NCBI RefSeq assembly: GCF_001194135.2
Contig: NC_068982.1
Span: forward strand, 7,873,241 to 7,937,240
Length of the DNA stretch: 64,000 nt
Source of the DNA: Octopus bimaculoides
Taxonomy: Eukaryota
Direction: 5' to 3'
Shown one piece after another: positions 1 to 11,560 of the stretch. How positions within the stretch are numbered: position 1 is the first letter of the stretch; each line of letters starts with the position of its first letter. Position numbers and translations under genes: made by a program. Under the pieces are notes generated by a model, which worked only from the letters and a program-made list of their open reading frames with translations, was not told the DNA's origin and did not search any database.

Positions 1-31
1 TTTCAAGAGGTTAAAAAAAGTAAATAAAATA

Positions 32-393
32 CAAGGGAAATAACTGAACGTCTTACCAGTATTTATCCGTACTACTGTTTAAATCACACATGTGATTGAA
101 TATCAGTTTCTTATGAGAAATCGAAAATGCCTCGTGGAAGACCGGCTGCACAACATCTAACCCTAATCCTAACCCTAACCCTAACCCTAAACTTTTATAA
201 AAAAAAATTCCGTCGCATGCTGTTTGTAAAAAGAAAAAAAAACATTTTAAACTTTTATAAAAAAAAAATTCCGTCGCATGCTGTTTGTAAAAAGAAAAAA
301 ACATTTTAAACTTTTATAAAAAAAATTCCGTCGCATGCTGTTTTAGAGAAAAAGTACGGATAATACTAGTAAGTCGTTCAGTTATTTCCCTTG
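32..393. mobile_element. MITE-like element with ~42-bp TIRs, internal (CCCTAA)n and ~60-bp tandem units
   Basis: Left end CAAGGGAAATAACTGAACGTCTTACCAGTATTTATCCGTACT (32-73) is the near-perfect reverse complement of AGTACGGATAATACTAGTAAGTCGTTCAGTTATTTCCCTTG (353-393). Telomere-type hexamers at 157-190; about three units containing AAATTCCGTCGCATGCTGTTT at 191-345. Confidence 0.8.
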
Positions 394-439
394 AATATTT
401 TTATTTATTTCTTTTATCTCTCGAAACTGGAAGATTACC

Positions 440-473
<34 letters not shown>

Positions 474-476
474 ATA

Positions 477-690
477 TTTGTGTCTGTATTTGTCTCCCAA
501 CATCGCTTGACAACCGATGCTGGTGTGTTTACGTACCCGTAACTTAGCGGTTCGGCAAAAGACACCGATAGAATAGGTACTGGGCTTACAAACAATAAAT
601 CCTGGGGTCGATTTGCTCGACTAAAGGCGGTGTCCCCCAGCATGGCCGCAGTCAACTGACTGAAACAAGTAAAAGAAAAAGAAAGAAAGA
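477..690 (+). mobile_element. SINE 3' portion (octopus CORE/OR-type family)
   Basis: Same sequence (CATCGCTTGACAACCGATGCTGGTG...CAGCATGGCCGCAGTC...TGAAACAAGTAAAAGA tail) recurs at 3660-3865, 25377-25580 and, inverted, at 50130-50340. Confidence 0.75.
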
Positions 691-1201
691 TCATCGATAA
701 GTTAACGCATGCGCTTCAGTGAATCAAGTGTTGTCTGCTCAGAGAAAACTCAGAAGATATGGTTGACGGTCATGTGAAAACAAGAGAGGGAATGAAAAGT
801 TAAGATGTTTTTCATAGTTTTTCAAATAACTCTATTGAGATTTGACTTTTTAGCCTTGTTTTCTCTTTCTCATACGTTTTAACATAAAATGAAAACTAAC
901 AGACAACTCACAAAAGTAAAAAAGAGGTAAGATGTTTCTTGAGGTTGCACCTTCAGTACTACGTTGTCCATCTTCATGTACAATCCTTCAGCTTTCCTTT
1001 CATATAAAAACTATTTCGATACATGCAATATATTTTTAGTTTTCTCAGTTAAAGTGTAGTTGGGTCTCAAGGTGGGGGGGGGGTACAGACCTAGTAATAT
1101 GTGTTTTATAGTGGAAACAAAATTTCCATCCAAATGGCAATTACCGGACGATTTCTGTTCGAGTCTGACCGTTTTAAGTCGTAGTGGAAGCCCGATTTAG
1201 T

Positions 1202-1652
1202 GGAGGCGCAATGGTCCAGTGGTTAGGGCAGCGGACTCCCAGACCAGGCGTTGTGAGTGTTTATTGAGCGAAAACACCTAAAGCCCCACAAGGCTCCGGC
1301 AGGGGATGGTGGCGAACCCTGCTGTACTCTTTCACCGCAACTTTCTCTCACTCTTACTTCCTGTTTCTGTTGTGCCTGTAATTCAAAGGGCCAGCCTTGT
1401 CACACACTGTGTCACGCTGAATATCCCCNNNNNNNNNNCACCGCAACTTTCTCTCACTCTTACTTCCTGTTTCTGTTGTGCCTGTAATTCAAAGGGCCAG
1501 CCTTGTCACACACTGTGTCACGCTGAATATCCCCGAGAACTACGTTAAGGGTACACGTGTCTGTGGAGTGCTCAACCACTTGCACGTTAATTTCACGAGC
1601 AGGCTGTTCCGATGATCGGATCAACTGGAACTCACGGAGTACCAACACACAC
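1202..1652 (+). mobile_element. tRNA-derived SINE with decayed target-site duplication
   Basis: Starts GGAGGCGCAATGGTCCAGTGGTTAGGGCAGCGGACTC (tRNA-like A box). Flanked by TGGAAGCCCGATTTAGT (1185-1201) and TGGAAGCCCAACTTATGT (1653-1670). The internal duplication around the 10-N gap is an assembly artefact. Confidence 0.7.
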
Positions 1653-2094
1653 TGGAAGCCCAACTTATGTCGCAAATAGACATATGAGTGTTGTATAAAT
1701 TTTATAATTGAAAAATTTACTTGATTTTGTACATATGAATATATGAATCTACGGGCACAATAACATGGGTTCGCGGACACAATTGTACCCGCGGGCAGCG
1801 GTTTCCTCACCCCTGTTCCAATGGTTAAAAAAACATATATGCATCTCTGTCTTACAACTACATTTATATGCTATAAAATATAAAAAACTAGAAAAATTAT
1901 GATTTTTTTTTTTTTGCGGTCCCACTCCCTATCCCCAATTGTTTCTATTTATAATTAAAAAATTTAAAATATTGTAGAGCCTGAGAAGATCATTGCTGCC
2001 ATTTATCCAAAGTGATTTTAAAAAAGAGGTATGTAAACCATAATTCATTTTAATAGCATACTTTTCTGTTAGGATTTTTGTATGTAGACATACA

Positions 2095-2710
2095 CGGTTT
2101 CGTTATCAGGAAACTCTTCTCCCTACCCCCTTAGAAAAAATTTTCAGTAATTACAAACCCCCTCCTCATTTTCCGAAATGTTATGAGGGAAAAACATCAG
2201 ATCTTGTGAATTTTCCGAAGGCCTCTCCTCCCCCTCCCCGTTGCTTTCCCAGAATTTTTGTTTTCATATTCGGATCCTACAGTTTTTTCGATTTCGTTTC
2301 CGGGTAATAATGTCAACATTAACCAAAGAGGCTCCTCCCATGGTTTTTAAGTTTTAAAAAAATTGACCAAAATCGATCCGAAGGAGGGGGGGGGGGTCGT
2401 GAGGAATGGAGGTGGTGGAGAATTTTTCTTAAAAAGATCCCCCCCGCCTCATTTCAAAGGCTGTGGGTAAAAAAAAAAAACCGAGAAAAATCCAACTTAT
2501 TTGGTCTTCCGTTATCAGGAAACTCCTCTCCCTACCCCCTTGGAAAAAATTATCCGCTCAAATTTCTTTATAATCGTAGTCTATGCCGTTTGAAAGGTAT
2601 TTGTATAAAATTTCATTAAAAGATACCCATTTTCCTGAAAGTTATAAGAGGGAAAAGTCAGATCAGGTGAATTTTCCGAAACTCTTCTCCCTGCCCCCTT
2701 GGAAACATTC
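2095..2710. repeat. Unclassified modular GC-rich repeat
   Basis: Module (CGTTATCAG)GAAACTCYTCTCCCTRCCCC(C)TTRGAAA occurs at ~2100, ~2510 and ~2678. Module GAGGGAAAA..TCAGATC..GTGAATTTTCCGAA occurs at ~2185 and ~2649. Confidence 0.5.
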
Positions 2711-3059
2711 TGGGTAAATTTATAGTTTCACACTAGACTCAATTTCCGTACTAAATTTTTCCCTGCGGTTTTTCTTTGGGTGGTGCGTTTGTCTTAACTG
2801 ACCTCATAATGTGTGGAAAATGCATTTTGTCTGTAGAAAATGGAGGGGTGGTGGTGCGGCAGAACCTAGGGCAGTCTTGTATATCTTCTGTGTTTGGATC
2901 TGTGTTGGAATCGATCTGGGAGGGGTGTATATAATTTTGCTGCCTCAATAAAAAAAAATTGGCGCAGCATTTTTTTTTTGTTTTGTTTTGTTTTCTGTAG
3001 CAGAGATAAAGTAGAAAAACACTCGGAGAGCGCAGACCTCCGCCAAACCAGCAGGAGCA

Positions 3060-3460
3060 GCACTACGACGACGACGACGACCACTACTACCACCATATCA
3101 CAATTGCCACCACAGCTATCCTACCACTATCACCACCACCACAACCACCATCATCAGCAGCATTGTCATTGCTTCCACTTCAACCACATACACTGCCATC
3201 AATGTTATGATGGTTACCTTGACATTCACTTTCACCACCACAACCAGTATAACCACTGCAATACCACCATCACACAACTAACACTATCATCAACATCATT
3301 ATTACCACCATCACCTCAGCATCACCACTCCTGTTGCCATTCTAACCACCAATACTATTTTATCCTCCTCCCATACTTATCTCGACCATCGTCATCATCA
3401 ACACTGTCTCTGCTTTCACCACAATCACCGTCAAAACTACAATCACCACAATCAGTTTCT
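3060..3460. repeat. Degenerate trinucleotide (CAC/CAT/ACG) low-complexity tract
   Basis: Mixed ACG, CAC and CAT triplet runs; these explain the His/Thr-rich ORF 2894-3472. Confidence 0.8.
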
Positions 3461-3529
3461 TTACACAGTTGAAAATCCATTATCCGATACTCATGGGACC
3501 GAGATTGTTGCAGATTTTTGATTTTTTCC

Positions 3530-3865
3530 TGGTCATTCCCACTGTGTGTCACCTTGGGCAAGTGTCTTCTACTATAGCCTCAGGACGACCAAAGCCTTGT
3601 GAGTGGATTTAGTAGACAGAAACTGAAAGAAACCTGTCGTATATATGTATATGTTTGTGTGTCTTTGTTTGTCCCCCTGACATCGCTTGACAACTGATGG
3701 TGGTGTGTTGACGTCCCCGTAACTTAGTGGTTCGGCAAAAGAGACTGATAGAATAAGTACTAGGCTTACAAAGAATAAGTCCTGGGGTTGATTTGCTCAA
3801 CTAAAGGCGATGCTCCAGCATGGCCACAGTCAAATGATTGAAACAAGTAAAAGAGTAAAAGAGTA
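3530..3865 (+). mobile_element. CORE-type SINE
   Basis: Contains ACCTTGGGCAAGTGTCTT (resembles the CORE/MIR domain), then the family body and an AAAAGAGT tail. Partial copies at 4760-4890 and 50550-50690. Confidence 0.7.
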
Positions 3866-3939
3866 ATTTATGGTTAAGAAATGTAAATAAAGTTGGAAAA
3901 GGCACAGAAGTATATTTCAGAGAATGTTTAATAAAATAT

Positions 3940-4155
3940 TCTTTTACTCAAGGTACAAGGCCTCAAATTTTTGGGGGAGGGGGCCAGTTGATTAGATCAA
4001 CCCCAGTATGCAACTGGTACTTAATTTATTGACCCTGAAAGGATGAAAGACAAAGTCAACCTTGGCAGAATTTGAACTCAGAACGTCACGGCAGACGAAA
4101 TACTGCTAAGCATTTCACCTGGCATGCTAACGTTTCTACAAGCTTGCTGCCTTAG
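3940..4155 (-). mobile_element. tRNA-derived SINE, second family
   Basis: The reverse strand has a B box GAGTTCAAATTC followed by CTTTCATCCTTTCAGGGTCAATAAATTAAGTACCAGT. Other copies at 32960-33070, 43500-43640, 45005-45065 and 54570-55020. Confidence 0.7.
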
Positions 4156-5720
4156 TGTTTTGTAAAATATTTCTGGTTTCAGTTTATCTATCTTATCAAA
4201 TATCAGAAAAATTAGGAAAAATCTTTTGTGGAATCAGNNNNNNNNNNNNNNNNNNNNNNNNNNNNNNNNNNNNNNNNNNNNNNNNNNNNNNNNNNNNNNN
4301 NNNNNNNNNNNNNNNNNNNNNNNNNNNNNNNNNNNNNNNNNNNNNNNNNNNNNNNNNNNNNNNNNNNNNNNNNNNNNNNNNNNNNNNNNNNNNNNNNNNN
4401 NNNNNNNNNNNNNNNNNNNNNNNNNNNNNNNNNNNNNNNNNNNNNNNNNNNNNNNNNNNNNNNNNNNNNNNNNNNNNNNNNNNNNNNNNNNNNNNNNNNN
4501 NNNNNNNNNNNNNNNNNNNNNNNNNNNNNNNNNNNNNNNNNNNNNNNNNNNNNNNNNNNNNNNNNNNNNNNNNNNNNNNNNNNNNNNNNNNNNNNNNNNN
4601 NNNNNNNNNNNNNNNNNNNNNNNNNNNNNNNNNNNNNNNNNNNNNNNNNNNNNNNNNNNNNNNNNNNNNNNNNNGTACTGGCAACGGCCACGCTCAAAAT
4701 GGCCGTTGCCAGTACCGCCTATATATATATATATGTGTGTGTGTGTGTGCATATATGGTTAAGAAATTTGTTTCCAAACCACATGAATTTGGGTTCAGTC
4801 CCACTGTGTAACATCTTGGGCAAGTGCCTACTACTTTGGCCTAGGCTAGGCAAAACCATGTGAGTGACTTTGGTAGATGGGATCCATGTGAATTTTTTAA
4901 CTATACAACAATATGTATATATATTCACACACACACACACACACATGCACACGCACACATATACACACACATAAAAAAATATTTATATATATGGAAACCT
5001 CTTAGTATAGTGTATTTACCAGCATATAAAGATTATTCAAGATACTAAAACAAAATATTTTGCTGTAGATCTCATACAGAATTATGGAATTTTTGCGCAG
5101 AATCTAAAAAAAAAAAAAATGAAAACATTGAACATATTAAGGAATATAAAAAAAAGGCTTACTGTGCAAATGTAGGTGTAGCTGTTAAGGCTAATATTAC
5201 AGGAACAACAACAACAACAAAACTGAGACATTTCATTGTGTCGTGTAAACCAGTAACTGGTTGGTGCCAAATACAAGTTTGCAGAAATTTTCTTTTGATT
5301 TTATACTCTTTTGAAATATATTCTGCTTCACTGTACTTGCATTTTCTAGAATCAACCAATGTATGAAAAGCTTTATTATCGAAATGTTTAATTGCTTAAA
5401 TTCAATAACAAATTATTTACGGTGTCAAATATCTTATTGATAAAATTATGTACTCATATTACAAGTATGATATATTTTTATTATTTGCTTTCTAGATAAA
5501 ATTAATATGGATTTATAGTTTCAAATCAATAACTGCCTCTTTAGTCTGTATGCTAAATGTGTTAAAATATCTGACCTTAACAATAGGTTTCAAGAAATTG
5601 AACAATATATTATTTAGTGTTTCCATTCAGTTGGGAAATTTTTAAATTTTAGTTCAAAGAAAGTGTTTGGTACATCTTTTGAAGATTGCTTTCAGCAGTA
5701 GGCTATGAAGATTAAATTAA

Positions 5721-6187
5721 CCCTTTTGTTACTGTATTTATTTTGCGATGCTCTGTGTTTCTTTCAATTATTTTAAATCATCATCATCATCATCGTTTAA
5801 CGTCCGCTTTCCATGCTAGCATGGGTTGGACGATTTGACTGAGGACTGGTGAAACCGGATGGCAACACCAGGCTCCAGTCTGATTTGGCAGAGTTTCTAC
5901 AGCTGGATGCCCTTCCTAACGCCAACCACTCAGAGAGTGTAGTGGGTGCTTTTACGTGTCACCCGCACGAAAACGGCCACGCTCGAAATGGTGTCTTTTA
6001 TGTGCCACCCGCACAAGCCAGTCCAGGGGCACTGGCAACGATCTCGCTCGAAAAGAATTTAGTAAAATAACTTAGTTATCATTAAGCTAGTGTTAAGAAT
6101 ATAAATTGTGACTATTCAAAACTTATGAAAACAAGACATTTATACTCAGAGCCAGAGCCGGTTTCAGCTGGGTTGGTAACGAAAGGG
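5721..6187. mobile_element. piggyBac-type MITE (TTAA TSD) carrying an RTE 3'-end insertion (5779-6055)
   Basis: TTAA|CCCTTTTGTTAC ... GTAACGAAAGGG|TTAA. Uninterrupted copies at 35121-35346 (inverted) and 51668-51876. Confidence 0.8.
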
Positions 6188-7148
6188 TTAAGCTAAGAGT
6201 AATTTCTTCTTTCATTAGGTTAAAGTTACTAAAAACTGAGTATTTGTCTTCACTAAGGAAACAGTTACCTATGCTCTGACAAGTTGTTGCTGTGTTCCCT
6301 TAGTCAGTACTGATTAACAAGATCTGTGGCACATACTTTGCCATACAGCTGTATGAATGACTGGATTCAGATCCATAGTTCAAAATATATTTTATATTAG
6401 TGGTAGTTAGGGTTGTGTTTGTGGTGTGATTTTATGTTGTAGAGACCATCATATATACTTTATTTATTGTTTGTGATTAATGTGATGATTGTTATTGATA
6501 TTTAACCCTAGGTCATCCCTGATGAAACCAACTTATGGATCAAAAGCCATCCTTCCCATCCTTTTTTCCTATTTACTTAGAACCCATGACAACATTATCC
6601 AGTGTATGTTAAGATGATATGGTGTGACTGGAAGAAAATTTTGCTGCTATTTCTAGCAGGCTAAGTGATCACATAGAGAATACCTTGTTGAGAGTAGTGG
6701 TCTGTATTTGCATTGTGATCTTTAAGTAGAGGAGAGGTATAAATTGTAGAATTGGTAGAGTGACCAATGAAATCTTTGCATTGTTTCCTTACATTCTTGT
6801 AATTGTTCTGGGTTCAAATACAAGTGCCTTTCATTGTTTTGGGGGTTGATCAAATAAGTACCAGTCAAATACAAGATCAATTTAACTAACTTTATTTAAC
6901 CTGCTCCTGATCTTTATGCAGTCACTTGATCTGTTAACTACAGCAGCCAAATAAACCACAAACTTCACCCTACTGATCTAAATAATTGTTGATTATACCA
7001 GATAAACTAGCCTCTGCTATAATATGCTACAAAATATGATCAGACACTCATGGCTGGAATGTTTGTCTGACTATGTATTGAACAGCTATTGTTATGCAGT
7101 CTCAAATCAGTATGACCAGGTACAATCTGCTAATCTATTCTTCTACAT

Positions 7149-7714
7149 TGGGGCTAGGTTCAGACTATATGCTAAGTGTGACATCAGTGCAGTTCCCACA
7201 AGTTCTTAGACTTTATTCTGGATTGTTTGAATGATATGAGGTCTTGTATTGTCTTGCTGCAGAAGACTGTTTTTTGTTAACCAATGCTGGTTACTTTTGC
7301 CATACAATTGGCATACATTTGCTCCAGCTGTTTAGAGTGCAGATTGGCATTGATGGTTCGACTGTCCAGAATGGACACATGGTGAATTATCTCCTTCATT
7401 ATTCCACCAGATGCAGAGCATCACCTTGTGTTCAAAATGCCTACATTTGGTGACAGGTCCCAGAAGCTGACCCTTGCTTAACCAGTGTTTATGCTTGTTA
7501 GGATTGCAGAAAGATATCTTTTTTTGATTATTATTTTTTCCAACCCATGGCTCACTTCCTGTGCTTGTGATGCTTCAACCAAGAGGAGGTGGAAGCTTCT
7601 GTGAAAGAGCTCTTCACCTTGAAGGACAAGAACTGGTATCAGTGTGGGATCAAAGAACTGGCTGAAAGGCAACTTCAGAAGGTGCAGCACGATGACCTCT
7701 ACTTTGAATGCTAG
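7149..7714. mobile_element. mariner transposase remnant with internal inversion
   Basis: Minus strand 7149-7525 encodes KVMLCIWW...QDN..PH...YSLNLAP. Plus strand 7526-7714 encodes DYYFFQPMAHFL...FNQEEVEASVKELFTLKDKNWYQCGIKELAERQLQKVQHDDLYFEC*. Confidence 0.8.
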
Positions 7715-7790
7715 GCTGCTTTTGTTGTAACTTGATGAGTAAAGTAAATAAGTTACCAAAATATTGTAAAATAATACTTGTATCATTCAT

Positions 7791-7886
7791 TAAATTGTAG
7801 CCATGCTAAATTGTAGCCATACTGAATTGTAGCCATGCTGAATTGTAGCCATGCTGAATTGTAGCCATACTGAATTGTAGCCATGC
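7791..7886 (+). repeat. 16-bp minisatellite, 6 copies
   Basis: TRAATTGTAGCCATRC x6, running directly into SINE-derived CCATGCTGGGGCACCACC. Confidence 0.95.
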
Positions 7887-8509
7887 TGGGGCACCACCTT
7901 GAAGTGATTAGCTGAACAAATCAACCCCAGTACTTAACATGTAACTGAACATCTGTGCCTATAATATGTATATAACATATATTGAACTTAATTCTCCTTG
8001 TATTCTCAACTTTATGAAGAACTATAATACTAACCTAGTTTGGTTTTACTGTAAATCTTGAAAATGAAAAATAGTTCTCAAAATGTAAATAATCAAAGTT
8101 AAGCAGCAACTTGTTTTTGCTTGCATTTGATACAACTAAATGCAAGAATGCAAAAAAGAATTTCTACTACCAATTCCCACACCATTAAAGCAGTTATGAT
8201 CGAGTATTTCCCTGTAGATTTAGTTTCTGTCTTAGTCAAAGTTTTCTGTCTTTGCTCTATTCATATGTGTCTTTTACATTTGAAGTATGCTACATGTTCA
8301 ATTCTCAAGAAATGAGAATCTTCTAATCTTATGAAATAGTTTTCTAATACTAAGATATTCATTTCTCGTGTAATATTGATGGACATCTATATTCTTGCAA
8401 AATACTTGTAGTCTTGCTATCTCATTCTTTCTCTTTTCTCTTCTATCTCTCTCTAACTCCTTCCTCACTACAAACTGGGAAAAGTTAAATCCACAACTTG
8501 GGTTATCAT

Positions 8510-11500
8510 CAGTGGCATACCTAGCACAAGTGCCGTCTGGAGTGGATGTTTATTTGGCCACCCCTTAAAAGTTCTAATAACACTTCAAAACACCAATTGC
8601 AAAAATAAACGATTTACAAATTGATTTTACATATCTTCCTCTTTGCAAAATCTTGAATGATATCAAATTTTTTATCTGCAAGGTCGTGCTCTATGGATAG
8701 TATTGCCAAATCAGTCAACTGTGTTTGACTTACTGTTGACCTGAGGTGGTTCTTGAGCTTTAGTTTATAAAAGGACCATTCACAGCTAACAATACTAATG
8801 GCACAAGTTAGGAAGACTCTTAAAAGTATTACAATATTTGGCAATGAATCAATAAAATTATATTTCTGAATAAACTGAAGAACTTGCAAAGGCCCTTCCA
8901 TATCTTCAGTGTCAGTAGCTGCCAAATAATTTTACAATCTTGCCCTTTCAACCAGAAAGTCTTCCTTCTTAATATTCTCATCAAAAGCATCTACATCACA
9001 ATTACACATCTAACAAATTGGATGGTGTCAGAAAGGTGTATTTGTTTGCAATATTGTGAAGTCTTTCGAATCTAGAGGCTATTTCTTCAACCAGTCTAGC
9101 TATCACTGATAACATTTCTCTTCTTAGCTCAGTGTCGTAGCTGAGAGCGGCATCAATACTTTCTCCATAGCTCATTCTTTCTTTTTGCAAATTTGACACT
9201 CAGTGCTGATTCCTATATCTGAGCAAATTTCAGTTGAATAGACCAACATGTCATCTACTTGAGTACAGAGACATCTACTTGTCTCTGCTTACAAGTAGAG
9301 TAGTTTTCAAGGCTGATAGTTTAATAGCACATTGTTGCAACTCCAGACCGTTTGTTTGAATGTACTTTTGAGTGTCATTAATTTCAGGAAATATATCTCT
9401 CCAAAGGCCAAGAAATGACAAGAAAGAAAATGACAGCATCACCTGAAGAATTAAACCTGCATCAGATCTCATAGCTGCATTTTCTGCATCTTCCATCAAC
9501 TGTTCTATCGCAGCGATGATTTCTTTGAATTTTGTATGTACAACTTTCGCTGCATCTACTCGACTACTCACTCTCTTTCTCCCAGCCCAGTTGATAGTTG
9601 CACCAGTTATCTCAAAGAAGATATCCCATCAATGAGTTGAGGCCGAGAAGAATGAAAATAAATGGTCCATTGTGCCAAAAAATGTAACTGAATCTGCATG
9701 CACAGCTGCTATATTCAGAGTGATTGGTGCATGGCACAAATACAATCTTCAGATTAACTTCTGTGATGTGCATTTGAACACCGGATTGATAACTTACCAT
9801 TACTGCTGCATTATCAAATGCTTGTCCATGACAATCTTGAATGTTAATGTCGTCCATTTCTAATTGTTTCAGAATCATTGGTGTAATTTGCTCATCATTT
9901 TTGCCTTCCATCTCCATAAAACGAAGAAAGAATTCTTGTAGTTTTACTTCCTTTTCATCTATTTTAACATAACATAGCACCCGAGAAATTTGGTCAATAT
10001 GAGAAATGTCTGGAGTACTATAAAAAAATAATGCAATAGTATTTACTCTGCTTCACTTCATTGATAACTTCCTTTCTCACCTGATCTCCTAGAATGTTCA
10101 CAAATTCATTCTGAATTTTTGGTAAGAGATAGTAAGTTGCACACTTATCAGTTTTTACTTTCACCAAATGTTCTTGTAGCACTGGGTTGAATTTTCCAAT
10201 CAGTTGAACAAGCTCCAGAAAATTTCCTTTATTTTCATTTGCCTTCTAAATTCGAATGTCTTCTCTATAGCCTTGTAAACTAGGTTTTGCTTAGCTAGGA
10301 ACATAATTATGTCCAAGAATCTAGTCAGGATTTGCTTCCATTTCTTTGTTTCATTTTCAACAAGAATTTGTTGTTCTTTGTCTATTACCTTGCATTTGGA
10401 AAGGCAAATTTCTAGCTCTCTTTCCACTGAGTAAACACATTCTCATTTGCAGGGCTAGATTCATGTTCTTGTATCTTAGGGTTCAACTTCCACCAAGATC
10501 TGAAACCATCAACTGCGCAAAACTTGGCTTCTTTCGATGGAGAGTATATCATCCAAATTTTCAAGATTTTTTCCCCACTTTGTAAAGTTTGAAAAAACCA
10601 GTTTCTTGATAAGTCTTCTAGTCTCCCCCTTTCAGTTTTGTTATTTGTCCTGGACATACAACTTCTTTGAATTCATAGTCAGTATTTTGCACAGCCTTTG
10701 ATCCTTGTTGTACAAGGATTTCTTGAATACCATCACCGTGATTAAATTTAGGCCACATCCCAATGTCTTTCAAATTAATATTAGTGTTTTGTTCTTCAGT
10801 AGTATTTTGGTGGCTCAGCATCATCAACTTCATCTATCTTTTCACATTGCACTCCATTAACATAATCTCCATGATCTTCTACAGTGATACCAGTTTCATC
10901 TGGACGGTTGAGTCTGATGAGAAATTTGATTATGGCACCTTCATTTCGCCTTTCTTCTGTTTTTTTTTTTTTTGCGAAATGCTGCATTGCTGTCCTTAAT
11001 GTGCTGCATCTCAAATTATATCAGTGATAACATAAATTTATATGAATAAAATCAAATAGAGTATAGACCAACCTAAAAAATAATCAACTTCCTGAATATC
11101 ATCGACACACTGTTTAATCCAGTAGCACACAATATTACTGTATTAACAATATTATACTGTAAATATTAACACACAATACAAGTTTACTGATGATAAATTT
11201 AAATTTTAAGGAAATTTTAATAGCTACTATACATTATTAAAGTCTATAATATTTATACTGCATTTTTATTGATGCCAGTGACCCCTCACTGGCTCCCGTG
11301 CCAGTGGCACGTAAAAAGCTTTCACGACACTCTTGGAGTGGTTGGTGTTAGGAAGGGCATCCAGCTGTAGAAACATTGCCAGATCAGATTGGAGACTAGT
11401 GCAGTCCACTGGCTTGCCAGGCCTCAGTCAAACCGTCCAACCCATGCCAGCATGGAAAGCAGACGTTAAACGATGATGATAATGATGATGATATATTAAT

Positions 11501-11560
11501 ACAAATAAATTGTGGAGCCTGGGGCAGACTGCCCTCCCTGTGCCTCTCTTGGTACGCTGT
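8510..11560 (-). mobile_element. Degenerate hAT DNA transposon (TTF-type Zn finger / DUF4371 / hATC dimerisation)
   Basis: Frameshifted minus-strand ORFs 8614-11014 with IFFIDSTPDISHIDQISRVLCYV, GQAFDNAAVM, VPCTNHS and LPNIVILLRVFLTCAISIVSCEWSFYKLKLKNHLRSTVSQTQLTDLAILSIEHD. Possible TIR CAGTGGCATACCTAG at 8510 with a weak partner (CTTGGTACGC) at ~11548. Confidence 0.85.

Noticed and set aside
1330-1534. ~100-bp direct duplication inside the SINE (similar cases at 37500-37570 and 39960-40060)
   Set aside because: Each pair flanks a 10-N join, which is the typical overlap artefact of scaffolding.
2894-3472. 192-aa His/Thr-rich ORF
   Set aside because: It is a translation of a trinucleotide low-complexity tract, with no domain or splice support.
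4155-4863. Long X-filled ORFs (also at 35958-36731, 46177-47050, 58314-59362 and 62592-63151)
   Set aside because: These are artefacts of translating N-gaps.
7478-7786. 102-aa minus-strand ORF
   Set aside because: It is the antisense shadow of the mariner C-terminus on the plus strand.
7791-7886. CRISPR-like array
   Set aside because: The units are contiguous with no spacers, and the context is eukaryotic.
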